Assembly (NCBI GenBank): GCA_030596025.1
Contig: JAUVKW010000002.1
Location: 1-47,821 of the forward strand
Direction of reading: 5' to 3'
Source of the DNA: Bacteroidota bacterium
GTDB lineage: Bacteria; Bacteroidota; Bacteroidia; Bacteroidales; VadinHA17
DNA: 47,821 nt
This document shows, piece by piece, positions 26,131 through 35,368 of this stretch. Below the pieces are notes generated by a model that was not told the origin of the DNA, did no database searches, and was given only the letters and a program-made list of their open reading frames with translations. The position numbers were made by a program, and so were the translations under genes. How positions within the stretch are numbered: position 1 is the first letter of the stretch; every line of letters starts with the position of its first letter.

Positions 26131-26841
26131 CTAGTCCCGTTTTTTAACATTCCCGGAACCACTTATACGAGCATCCACAGTTGCATTTCCATAGTAACTT
26201 ACATCACCACTTCCTGAAACAGACACCTCCAGTCTCGACTCTGCATATACACTGGCGTCACCTGACCCACTAATTTTCACTACAGCTTTTTCAACTTTAA
26301 AATCAGAAGCATCCACGTCACCAGAGCCACTAATGGCTATGCGTAAATTGCCGGCAACTTTAGAACCTGCAATCTGAATATCTCCTGAACCGGAAATCCT
26401 GGCAGAAACATCATCAAATACAAGCTCATCGAGATCGATCATTCCACTCCCACTTACAGAGAGGCCTAATTCAGACCCCTGTATCAAGGTAAGGTTCCTA
26501 ATTGTCCCTGAACCCGATACAGACATTTCGTCCCAATTAGGAGAACTAATCGAAATTTTTACTTTCTGGTACTTCGAAGGCCAGCGACGCGTATCATACT
26601 TAATCTTTAGTTTCCCACCTTCTACAACTGTTACAATATGCTCCAGGGTAGCCGGGTCTCCCACAAGAATCAATTCAGTTTTGGTTCCTTGTGAAATTTC
26701 AACATCCGCAGAAATAGCAAGTCCAAGTGCACTAAATTTACCTACATTTCTTTTTTCCTCCTTATCCGCTGAGGCATAACTATTTATCCCTGCCAGAAAT
26801 GCAGTTAAAACTAAAAAAGCAATCATTTTCCCTTTCATCAT
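26131..26841 (-). CDS. Head GIN domain / DUF2807-type secreted beta-helix protein
   Basis: 236 aa with a signal peptide. Seven quasi-periodic [VI]SGSG[DTMN] repeats occur about every 20-25 aa. Confidence 0.7.
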   Translation of the reverse strand: MMKGKMIAFLVLTAFLAGINSYASADKEEKRNVGKFSALGLAISADVEISQGTKTELILVGDPATLEHIVTVVEGGKLKIKYDTRRWPSKYQKVKISISSPNWDEMSVSGSGTIRNLTLIQGSELGLSVSGSGMIDLDELVFDDVSARISGSGDIQIAGSKVAGNLRIAISGSGDVDASDFKVEKAVVKISGSGDASVYAESRLEVSVSGSGDVSYYGNATVDARISGSGNVKKRD

Positions 26842-26919
26842 TAATATTATTAGTTAGTATATGATAAAGACGCCAAAAAAATAAAACTGTTGCAAGAATG
26901 GTGAAACAAAAAGTCCCGA

Positions 26920-27438
26920 TTACATATCTGCAATGCCATCTGGAATACTAATTATTAGAATATTGTCATCCCAATTTATGTCTATAATCAATTGGTTCTG
27001 AGCCGGGATCAATATTTCCCTGCCATTAAAGTCAACCACAAATAGAGAATTTCCTGGAATCTCAAGCAAATCAACAACTTCTCCAATAAGATGACCATGT
27101 TGATCCTTTATTGAAAATGCAATAAAATCCTTGAGCTTTATTTGCCTGGAAGCAATTTGTGAAATGTACTTATCCGGTATATAAACATCTCTCCCCAATA
27201 GCTCCCTGGCAGAAGTATCATCATCAATATTTTCAAACTTAATAATATAGAATGGGAAGCTGGTTTCTGAAAATTCTTCAATAAAAAAAGGAACCAGAAT
27301 TCCTTCAATTTTCAGGAATAATGATTCCATAATTTCAATTTCCACCTTTTCGGAAAGATTTGCTTTAAGTACAATCTTTCCCTGGTAGCCATGTGTTTTC
27401 GTCAGTCTGCCGAAGAGAGAACTATTCTCTTTGGTCAT
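26920..27438 (-). CDS. rimM: 16S rRNA processing protein RimM
   Basis: 172 aa. It has GRLTKTHGYQGKIVLK and a PRC-barrel C-terminus. It lies immediately downstream of rpsP, as in the conserved rpsP-rimM arrangement. Confidence 0.85.
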   Translation of the reverse strand: MTKENSSLFGRLTKTHGYQGKIVLKANLSEKVEIEIMESLFLKIEGILVPFFIEEFSETSFPFYIIKFENIDDDTSARELLGRDVYIPDKYISQIASRQIKLKDFIAFSIKDQHGHLIGEVVDLLEIPGNSLFVVDFNGREILIPAQNQLIIDINWDDNILIISIPDGIADM

Positions 27439-27472
27439 AGGAGAAATCTGTTAATTTATTTTGAGAGAAAAA

Positions 27473-28321
27473 TTACTTTGCTTTTTCCTCATTACCTGCT
27501 TCAGGCTCCTTTGCTTCTTCCTTTTTAGGTTCTTCCTTCACTTCCTCAACGGGAATTTCTTTTTTTTCTGCTTTTACTTTTTTTTCCTGAACAGCTTCTA
27601 CCGGAGCAGCTTTCTTTTCTTCAGCTTTTTCATCTGTTGAAGTTTTTACTTCTTCTACCTTTTCTTCTGTCTTGGCTTCTGCCGGAACAGCTTCTTCAGC
27701 TTTCACCTCTTCTACCTTTTCTTGTGCCTTGGTTTCTGCAGGAACAGCTTCTTCAGCTTTTACCTCTTCTACCTTCTTTGCAACATCACCTTCAGTTTCA
27801 GCAACAGCTTCTTTTCCTTCACTTGCTTTTTCTGATGCCGCTTTTACAGCTTCTTCAGCAAGTTCAGAATTTCTTAATGCAATTTCTTCAGCACGTTTCT
27901 CCTTAACTTTTGATTCTGCTTCAAGTCTTTTCTTAGTTTCATCAGCAGCAGCTTTACTCAAGCCATCTTTCTTGGTTTGAATCTTATCTTCTTTTTCTTT
28001 CATCCAGGACTGAAAACGCTTTTCAGCTTCCTCTTCAGAAAAAGCACCTTTTCTTACACCATTCAGCAAATGGTTCTTGTACATAACTCCCCTGTAAGAA
28101 AGTATATCCCTACAGGTATCTGATGGTTGAGCACCTTTTTGTAGCCAGTTCAAAGCACTATCAAAATTTAATTCGATAGTAGCAGGATTTGTATTTGGAT
28201 CATAACTCCCAACCCTTTCAATGAACTTGCCATCCCGTGGCGCCCTGCTATCAGTAATAACAATGTGATAGAAAGGTTTTTTCTTTCTACCTTGTCTTGA
28301 TAATCTGATTTTTACTGGCAT
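27473..28321 (-). CDS. rpsP: 30S ribosomal protein S16 with a long repetitive Lys/Glu/Ala-rich C-terminal extension
   Basis: The N-terminus is [42 protein letters not shown]. About 190 further aa are low-complexity and include [17 protein letters not shown] repeats. Confidence 0.95.
   Translation of the reverse strand: MPVKIRLSRQGRKKKPFYHIVITDSRAPRDGKFIERVGSYDPNTNPATIELNFDSALNWLQKGAQPSDTCRDILSYRGVMYKNHLLNGVRKGAFSEEEAEKRFQSWMKEKEDKIQTKKDGLSKAAADETKKRLEAESKVKEKRAEEIALRNSELAEEAVKAASEKASEGKEAVAETEGDVAKKVEEVKAEEAVPAETKAQEKVEEVKAEEAVPAEAKTEEKVEEVKTSTDEKAEEKKAAPVEAVQEKKVKAEKKEIPVEEVKEEPKKEEAKEPEAGNEEKAK
27647..27781 (-). repeat. 57-nt in-frame tandem repeat (2.4 copies) inside the rpsP 3' extension
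   Basis: Copies at 27647-27703 and 27704-27760 differ at only a few positions. A partial third copy lies at 27761-27781. Each unit encodes 19 aa ([15 protein letters not shown][T/A]K..). Confidence 0.85.
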
Positions 28322-28367
28322 TGGTTCGCTTTTAAATTTAAATACTTACTTAAAAAATTTGTGGCTG

Positions 28368-28375
28368 CAAAGATA
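28368..28375 (-). promoter_or_regulatory. Candidate Bacteroidota -7 promoter box (TAnnTTTG) for rpsP
   Basis: The minus strand reads TATCTTTG, 47 nt upstream of the rpsP ATG. Confidence 0.35.
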
Positions 28376-28557
28376 CAATTATATTTTCCTTAAAAAAGCT
28401 TTTCATAGCAAATTTAATCAATCCCGGTAACCCCGGTCCCAGTCTTCATCATCTACCTTATATTCAGCTATGTACAACAATATTCGCAGGTAAGAAATCC
28501 TGATCTAAAAAATTTTCATAATTTATCAACAAACATATTTCTTCTAGTGGTTTTCTA

Positions 28558-28565
28558 TACCTTTG
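28558..28565 (+). promoter_or_regulatory. Candidate Bacteroidota -7 promoter box (TAnnTTTG) for dnaE
   Basis: TACCTTTG lies 63 nt upstream of the dnaE ATG. No clean -33 TTTG was seen. Confidence 0.3.
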
Positions 28566-28627
28566 TACAGAGGGAAACACCTTCTGCTTAAAGCAACCCA
28601 ATTGTTTAATTATCTGATCTTTACGAA

Positions 28628-31600
28628 ATGAGGCCCTTTACTCATTTACATGTTCATACTCAATATTCAATTCTTGATGGTGCATCAAGTGTTCCATTGA
28701 TTATTAAAAAAGCCAAGTCTGATAATATGACTGCCCTGGCTATTACCGATCATGGAAATTTATTCGGGGCCAAACATTTCTATGATGTTTGTAAATCAAA
28801 TGGCATCAAGCCAATTATAGGTTGTGAGGTTTACGTTGCAAGAAAAACTCGTTTCGATCGAATTGAAAAAACAGACCGGGGAGGAAATCACCTTATATTA
28901 CTTGCCAGGAATAAGACAGGTTATAAGAACCTGTCAAGGATAGTGTCACTTGCATGGATTGAAGGGCATTACTATAAGCCGAGAATTGATAAAGAACTTC
29001 TTAAAACCTATCATGAAGGAATTATGGTGTCTTCTGCCTGCCTTGGAGGGGAAGTGCCGCAAGCTATTTTAACCGGGCGGGATGATGATGCTGAAGAAAC
29101 TGTACTTTGGTTCAAAGATCTGTTTGGTGAAGATTATTACCTGGAATTACAACGACATAAAACAGGAGACGAAGAACTTGATTCAGATACTTTTGCCAAA
29201 CAAACCCTCGTAAATGAGAAGTTGATTGCCCTGGCAAAAAAGCATGATATCAAACTCATTGCCACCAATGATGTACATTTTATAAATGCCGAAGACGCAG
29301 AGGCACATGACCGACTTATTTGCCTGAATACAGGAAAAGATCTCGATGATCCCACACGCCTTAAATATACAAAACAGGAATTCTTTAAAACCCAGGAAGA
29401 AATGCAGGAATTGTTTTCTGATATTCCTGAAGCCCTGGAAAATACCGCAGACATTGCTGACAAAGTAGAGGATTATGACATGAATCATGCTCCCTTGATG
29501 CCTGATTTCCCTCTGCCTGAAGAATTTACAAATCCTGATGAATACCTGAGGTATTTAAGTTATAAAGGAGTTGAGAAAAGATACAAGGAACTTACTAAGG
29601 AGATTAAGGAAAGAATAGATTTCGAGTTGTCAGTGATCAGGAAAATGGGATATCCGGGGTATTTCCTTATCGTACATGACTTCTTAAATGCAGCCCGTGA
29701 TATGGGAGTATCTGTTGGGCCGGGAAGAGGTTCAGCTGCAGGATCTGTTGTAGCCTACTGTCTCAAAATTACTGAAATTGATCCTCTCAAATATGGTTTG
29801 CTTTTTGAAAGGTTTTTGAATCCTGACCGGATCAGCTTACCCGACATAGATATTGATTTTGATGAAGATGGCAGGGAAGATGTTATTAATTGGGTAGTAA
29901 ATAAATACGGAAAAGAAAAAGTAGCCCAAATAATAACTTTTGGATCTATGGCTGTAAAGATGGCTATACGGGATGTTGCAAGAGTGCAAAAATTGCCTTT
30001 ACCCGAGGCGGATCGCCTGGCCAAATTAGTTCCTGAAAAGCCAGGAATGACTTTTACAGCAGCTTATAAAGAGTCAAAAGAACTACGTGATGCAAAAAAT
30101 TCAGACAATCCTCTTATTGTTCAAACTCTCAAATATGCTGAGATTCTGGAAGGGTCTGTCCGGCACACCGGACTGCATGCCTGTGGAATAATTATAGGTA
30201 AAGAAGATCTGATAGATCATATCCCCCTATGTCATTCAAAAGATTCTAAGCTTTTAGTTACCCAATTTGACGGAGATTATGTGGAAGGTGTTGGTATGTT
30301 GAAGATGGATTTTCTGGGGCTCAAAACCCTTTCAATAATCAGAGATGCCGTTGAAAATGTCAAAGAATCAAAAGGAGTGGACCTGGATATTGATACCATT
30401 CCTCTTGATGACCCCAGGACCTATGAACTATACAGCAAAGGAGAAACTGTAGGTTTATTTCAATTTGAATCAGACGGAATGCGCAAGCATTTGAAAGCCC
30501 TTCAACCAAACCGGTTTGAAGATCTGATTGCAATGAATGCTCTTTATCGTCCGGGGCCTATGGAATATATTCCAAAATTTATCGACAGGAAACATGGGAA
30601 ATCTAAAATCCAGTATGACCTGCCGGTAATGGAAAAATACCTGAAGGAAACCTATGGGGTTACAGTTTATCAGGAACAAGTTATGCTTTTATCCATGGCT
30701 ATGGCAGGATTTTCCAGGGGTGAAGCCGATAAGCTAAGAAAAGCCATGGGGAAAAAGCAGAAGGGGGTAATGGATGCCTTGAAAGAAAAGTTCCTGAATG
30801 GCTGTTTGGAAAACAATATTGATCGAAAAATTGCCGAACAGGTGTGGCATGACTGGGAAGAATTTGCAAAATATGCCTTCAACAAGTCCCACTCCACCTG
30901 TTATGCTTATGTATCCTACCGGGAAGGATATCTAAAAGCACATTACCCCAATGAATATATGGCTGCTGTATTAAGCAGGAATATCAAAGACCTGAAAAAG
31001 ATTACCACCTATATGGACGAATGCAACAGGATGGGGATATCAGTTTTAGGGCCTGATATAAATGAAAGTAATATTAAATTTACTGTTAATAAAGATGGCA
31101 ATATCCGGTTTGGTCTGGGGGCTATAAAAGGAGTTGGTAAAAATGCCGCAAAGTTTATTCTGGAAAACCGAAAAGAAAACGGTGCATATAAGAATATTTT
31201 TGATCTTGCTGAAAGAGTTGACCTTTCTGCTGTTAATAAAAAAAGCCTGGAGGCTTGTGCTATAGCAGGTGCATTTGATTGTTTCAAAGATATTAGCAGA
31301 GAACAGTTTTTTGCTGCAGATAACAAAGGAAATAGCTTTATTGAAAACCTTATTAAATATGGAAACCGGGTTAGCCAGGAACAGAACACTTCCCAACAAT
31401 CCTTATTTGGAGGAACTGAAGAACAAGAATTTGCTACTCCCCAAATTCCTGATGCACCTTCCTGGCCAAAGCTGGAAAGATTAAAAAAAGAAAAAGAATT
31501 GGTTGGTATTTACATCTCTGCTCATCCACTTGATGATTATAAGTTTGAAATCAAATCATTGTCCAATATTGAGCTTTCAGAAATTGACGATCTTAAAAAA

Positions 31601-32110
31601 TTGAATGGTCGCGATCTTTCTTTTGCGGGAATTGTTTCTGATTTTAAAACCGGAACCTCGAAACATGGAAAACCATATGGTTTCTTAACCATTCAGGATT
31701 TAAGAGGATCATTCCGGATTGCCCTGTTCAATTCTGATTACCTTAATTATAGTAAATACTTCCAGAATGATTTGTCCTTGCTTGTTCGTGGAAAGGTGCA
31801 GGCATCCTATTATCGTGATGGAGAATATGAATTTAAAGTCAAATCAATACACCTGCTTGCAGAAGCCAAAGATCAATTAATTGAGTCAATAGTATTAAAC
31901 ATTCCTGTTAATGAAATAGAACCAAATTTTATAAATGATCTTGATAAAGTTTCTTCTGCTAAAGGAAATGTTTTATTCAAATTTAATATCTTTGATTCAG
32001 AAGAAAAAGTTCAGGTAAGCCTGTTTGCACGGAAAAAACGAATAAAATTATCCGGCAAATTACTTGAGTTTATTGAAAACCGCCCCGGTATGGAAATTAC
32101 ACTTAAATAA
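28628..32110 (+). CDS. dnaE: DNA polymerase III alpha subunit DnaE
   Basis: 1160 aa. It has the PHP domain (FTHLHVHTQYSILDG), polymerase core motifs (GPGRGSAAGS, PDIDIDF) and an OB fold at the C-terminus. Confidence 0.98.
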   Translation: MRPFTHLHVHTQYSILDGASSVPLIIKKAKSDNMTALAITDHGNLFGAKHFYDVCKSNGIKPIIGCEVYVARKTRFDRIEKTDRGGNHLILLARNKTGYKNLSRIVSLAWIEGHYYKPRIDKELLKTYHEGIMVSSACLGGEVPQAILTGRDDDAEETVLWFKDLFGEDYYLELQRHKTGDEELDSDTFAKQTLVNEKLIALAKKHDIKLIATNDVHFINAEDAEAHDRLICLNTGKDLDDPTRLKYTKQEFFKTQEEMQELFSDIPEALENTADIADKVEDYDMNHAPLMPDFPLPEEFTNPDEYLRYLSYKGVEKRYKELTKEIKERIDFELSVIRKMGYPGYFLIVHDFLNAARDMGVSVGPGRGSAAGSVVAYCLKITEIDPLKYGLLFERFLNPDRISLPDIDIDFDEDGREDVINWVVNKYGKEKVAQIITFGSMAVKMAIRDVARVQKLPLPEADRLAKLVPEKPGMTFTAAYKESKELRDAKNSDNPLIVQTLKYAEILEGSVRHTGLHACGIIIGKEDLIDHIPLCHSKDSKLLVTQFDGDYVEGVGMLKMDFLGLKTLSIIRDAVENVKESKGVDLDIDTIPLDDPRTYELYSKGETVGLFQFESDGMRKHLKALQPNRFEDLIAMNALYRPGPMEYIPKFIDRKHGKSKIQYDLPVMEKYLKETYGVTVYQEQVMLLSMAMAGFSRGEADKLRKAMGKKQKGVMDALKEKFLNGCLENNIDRKIAEQVWHDWEEFAKYAFNKSHSTCYAYVSYREGYLKAHYPNEYMAAVLSRNIKDLKKITTYMDECNRMGISVLGPDINESNIKFTVNKDGNIRFGLGAIKGVGKNAAKFILENRKENGAYKNIFDLAERVDLSAVNKKSLEACAIAGAFDCFKDISREQFFAADNKGNSFIENLIKYGNRVSQEQNTSQQSLFGGTEEQEFATPQIPDAPSWPKLERLKKEKELVGIYISAHPLDDYKFEIKSLSNIELSEIDDLKKLNGRDLSFAGIVSDFKTGTSKHGKPYGFLTIQDLRGSFRIALFNSDYLNYSKYFQNDLSLLVRGKVQASYYRDGEYEFKVKSIHLLAEAKDQLIESIVLNIPVNEIEPNFINDLDKVSSAKGNVLFKFNIFDSEEKVQVSLFARKKRIKLSGKLLEFIENRPGMEITLK

Positions 32111-32140
32111 ATTTTTTACTAACTAATAATAATTTTGAAT

Positions 32141-32458
32141 ATGACCGTAGAAGCTACCGATACAAATTTTGAAGAACTGGTACTGAAATCCGATAAACCT
32201 GTTATTGTTGATTTTTGGGCGGAATGGTGTGGCCCTTGCAGAATGGTTGGCCCTCTTTTAAGTGAGATTGCTGATGATTATGGGGATAAAGCTGTAGTGG
32301 CTAAATTAGATGTTGACAGTAATCCAAATGTGACAATGAAATACGGCATCCGGAATATTCCAACGGTTCTTTTTTTTAAGGATGGTGAAGTTGTTGACAA
32401 GCAAGTTGGGGCCGTTCCTAAAGGGCATTTTTCTTCAAAACTCGATGCGCTTCTGTAA
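32141..32458 (+). CDS. trxA: Thioredoxin
   Basis: The active site is WCGPC in the context VDFWAEWCGPCRM. The ATG at 32141 is preferred to the TTG at 32135. Confidence 0.95.
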   Translation: MTVEATDTNFEELVLKSDKPVIVDFWAEWCGPCRMVGPLLSEIADDYGDKAVVAKLDVDSNPNVTMKYGIRNIPTVLFFKDGEVVDKQVGAVPKGHFSSKLDALL

Positions 32459-32478
32459 GTCTTTTGTTTAGATATTCA

Positions 32479-32504
32479 GGCATAGGACTACCTATGCCTT
32501 TTTT
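32479..32504 (+). terminator. Rho-independent terminator after trxA
   Basis: An 8-bp perfect stem (GGCATAGG acta CCTATGCC) is followed by TTTTTT. It lies 20 nt after the trxA stop. Confidence 0.7.
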
Positions 32505-32543
32505 GTTTATAATCTATTTTCTTATTCATTAAGTATAACAAGT

Positions 32544-33128
32544 ATGATCTCAAAAGTATCGGTTTTCTGTTCATCAAGTAGTCTTGCAGGAGAAGTCTAT
32601 AGGGATGCCGTCAGAGATCTTGCAACGCTACTGGTTGAAAACAATATACTAGTACAATACGGAGGAGGCGATGTTGGCCTAATGGGACACCTGGCTGATA
32701 CTGTAATGGAAAATTCGGGGAAAATTCGGGGAATTATCCCTGAATTTATGGTGAAAGAAGGCTGGAGGCATCATGGAGTTGAGGATATGGACATTGTGGA
32801 GACCATGGCTGAACGCAAAAGAATAATAATGACTGATACCGATGGTATTATTGCCATGGCTGGCGGGTTTGGAACCCTTGAGGAGCTTTCTGAAGCAATA
32901 ACTTTAAAGCAACTCGGTCTGATAAATATTCCTATCATTATTCTAAACACCAATGGGTTTTATGATGAAATGTTCAATTTTTTCAGAAGAATGAGTTCTG
33001 AAAAATTAATCCGGGAGGAACATCATAAAATATGGAAAGAGGTAAAATTGCCCGGGGAGGTAATTACTCAACTCTTCAATACTCCAAAATGGGATTCAAG
33101 TAAAGCAAGAAAAAGAGCTGCTATTTAG
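32544..33128 (+). CDS. LOG family (TIGR00730) nucleotide phosphoribohydrolase
   Basis: 194 aa. It has GGGDVGLMG and the PGGxGTxxE-type motif AGGFGTLEE. Confidence 0.85.
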   Translation: MISKVSVFCSSSSLAGEVYRDAVRDLATLLVENNILVQYGGGDVGLMGHLADTVMENSGKIRGIIPEFMVKEGWRHHGVEDMDIVETMAERKRIIMTDTDGIIAMAGGFGTLEELSEAITLKQLGLINIPIIILNTNGFYDEMFNFFRRMSSEKLIREEHHKIWKEVKLPGEVITQLFNTPKWDSSKARKRAAI

Positions 33129-33939
33129 CAGGGATATCTATCATTCTGCCAATCGCAATATGTTTATAAACTTGATTCCCGGTTCCCGAACTCCAACGAT
33201 AATAGCTATTTTCACCAATGTGAAACCACATAGCACCTATTCCAACACCAGAGTATTTTATAACACCACCATCAAAATGAAGTCTTGCAATGTAATCGTA
33301 ATCCTCTGAATAAATTCCTTCATTATTACGGGTATCATCAAAATGACCACTATTTGCAGCATCATTTACAATAAGGCTGAAATCAATAGGACTGTATTCT
33401 GATAGTGCTGGATATGAACAGATGATCATCACATGACCTGTTGTGCTTCCTTCCTCCTCATGGATATAGGATATAATATCACCCGGGCGCACATCTTCAA
33501 GATTGTTAATACGAATCCAGCAGTTATTTCCATTGCTTTCAGAAGGCAGGGTGACAAAATGATTATAATAATCTTTTGCCAGAGAAGTAAGGCCGCTTTT
33601 ACTGCTTTTTGGAAATTCATCATAATGTGTAAGGGAAACTTCCTTAAGTATGGTTTCTACATATTTTGAACAATCTACAATAAGGTAACCACCCTCCACG
33701 TCAGTTATATAATTGTTCAGTGTATAGTCTGTAGTATGCAGCAAACTCATCACCCTGTCAACTTCGGTAATTACTTTTCCTCCCCAAATATTATCTTCTT
33801 CGATAAGCTCAAGTAATTTATTTCCCTGGGACTCAATGGGATCATCAATAGGTGCAACTTTTGATTTTTCACAAGCCGAAAAGAAGAAGACTGAACTTGC
33901 AAATACAAACAATATTATTATATGCCTGAAACTTATCAT
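33121..33939 (-). CDS. Lipoprotein, possibly an NlpC/P60-like papain-fold hydrolase
   Basis: 272 aa. The signal peptide ends in a lipobox Cys (FFFSAC). A candidate nucleophile (VDCSKYV) and a downstream PGDIISY...TGHVMI resemble the Cys...His arrangement of NlpC/P60/CHAP enzymes. The family call is tentative. Confidence 0.4.
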   Translation of the reverse strand: MISFRHIIILFVFASSVFFFSACEKSKVAPIDDPIESQGNKLLELIEEDNIWGGKVITEVDRVMSLLHTTDYTLNNYITDVEGGYLIVDCSKYVETILKEVSLTHYDEFPKSSKSGLTSLAKDYYNHFVTLPSESNGNNCWIRINNLEDVRPGDIISYIHEEEGSTTGHVMIICSYPALSEYSPIDFSLIVNDAANSGHFDDTRNNEGIYSEDYDYIARLHFDGGVIKYSGVGIGAMWFHIGENSYYRWSSGTGNQVYKHIAIGRMIDIPAK

Positions 33940-33989
33940 TATGCAGTGATATTCAGCTACAAAGGTACTACAATTCCAGTAATCTTATA

Positions 33990-35357
33990 CTAAAACCATT
34001 CTTTCAATCTTGAATAAAGAAACCTCCGGTTTATTTTAAGATATTCAGCTGTTTTCGATTGATTATAATCAAATTTTGTAAGAGCCTCATTAATGATCTT
34101 TTTTTCCACGGAAGTTATTACCTCCTTTAAAGACATACCCTCATCAATCATTCCTATATAATTAATCTTGTCCAAATCATCATTAGCCGATGCAGGTAAC
34201 TGGTCGATATTTAGCATTTCGCTTGTCGCAGTAACTATAGCACTATGAATAGTATTTTCCAGTTCCCTTACGTTGCCCGGCCAATTATACTTTTTCAGCT
34301 TACTGATAATTTGTGGAGACACAACCATCTTCTTATCATTTCTATATTTCTGCACAAAATGTTGTACAAGAAGGGTCATATCGGAAGACCTTTCTCTAAG
34401 CGGAGGTACATTTATACATACCACATTCAACCTATAGAACAAGTCCTCTCTGAAATTCCCGGCTTCCACTTCAGCTTTAATATCCTTATTCGATGATGCC
34501 AAAATCCGAACATTAACATCAACATATTTATCTCCTCCTACTCTGAAAAAAGGTTGTTTCTGCAAAACCCTGAGCAACTTTACTTGAAGTGGGGGTGGCA
34601 TACTGTTGATCTCATCGAGATATACCGTACCCCCATCAGCTATTTCAAAAAGTCCTTTACGCTGTGCAAAAGCTCCGGTGAAAGCCCCTTTTTCATGACC
34701 AAATATTTCACTTTCCAGTAAAGATTCTGAAAGAGCACCGCAATTAATCTTTACATATGGTTTGTCATGAAAACAGGAATGACGTTGGATAGCATCAGCA
34801 ACTAGCTCTTTACCGGTTCCACTCTCTCCCTGGATCAATATAGTGGCATCTGTAGCAGCCAGTCTGCCTATAAGTTTATAGATTTCCTGCATTTTCGGAC
34901 TTTTCCCAATTATGTTGTTTCCCGGCATAAGGGTTCCGGAACTATCAACAAGAGTTCTGAGTTGCTTAAGCTCTGTTAACAGACTACCATACTGGAAAGC
35001 CCGTTCCACAATTAGCAAGAATTCATCCAATTCAAAGGGTTTCTCAATATAATCGAAGGCCCCGAGTTTCATAGCTCTCATGGCTCGCTCGCTGGTTCCA
35101 AAAGCGGTAAAAACAATTACCTGAACATCTTTGTTAATACGTTTTATTTTTCCCAGGACATCAAGACCATTCATATCCGGCATATTAATATCCAGAATAA
35201 CAAGACCCGGACACTTCTCTGAAAAGCATCTAATAGCGGATGCTCCACCTTCAGCTAACATTATTGAATAACCTAAAGGCGAAAGTAAATCACTTATATT
35301 ACGCCTGATTGATGATTCATCATCAACTACCAATATGATTTTTTCATCAACATCCAT
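33990..35357 (-). CDS. Sigma-54-dependent response regulator (NtrC/ZraR/AtoC type)
   Basis: 455 aa. It has a receiver domain (ILVVDDE...LDINMPDMNG), an AAA+ domain with GESGTGKE and the GAFTGA loop (KGAFTGAFAQ), and a C-terminal Fis-type HTH. Confidence 0.92.
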   Translation of the reverse strand: MDVDEKIILVVDDESSIRRNISDLLSPLGYSIMLAEGGASAIRCFSEKCPGLVILDINMPDMNGLDVLGKIKRINKDVQVIVFTAFGTSERAMRAMKLGAFDYIEKPFELDEFLLIVERAFQYGSLLTELKQLRTLVDSSGTLMPGNNIIGKSPKMQEIYKLIGRLAATDATILIQGESGTGKELVADAIQRHSCFHDKPYVKINCGALSESLLESEIFGHEKGAFTGAFAQRKGLFEIADGGTVYLDEINSMPPPLQVKLLRVLQKQPFFRVGGDKYVDVNVRILASSNKDIKAEVEAGNFREDLFYRLNVVCINVPPLRERSSDMTLLVQHFVQKYRNDKKMVVSPQIISKLKKYNWPGNVRELENTIHSAIVTATSEMLNIDQLPASANDDLDKINYIGMIDEGMSLKEVITSVEKKIINEALTKFDYNQSKTAEYLKINRRFLYSRLKEWF

Positions 35358-35368
35358 TAAAGCTTGTT

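Noticed and set aside
27637-27980. Plus-strand ORFs of 89 and 102 aa antisense to rpsP
   Set aside because: These are low-complexity Leu/Ser/Ala translations created by the repeat-rich, codon-biased S16 tail. They are antisense artefacts.
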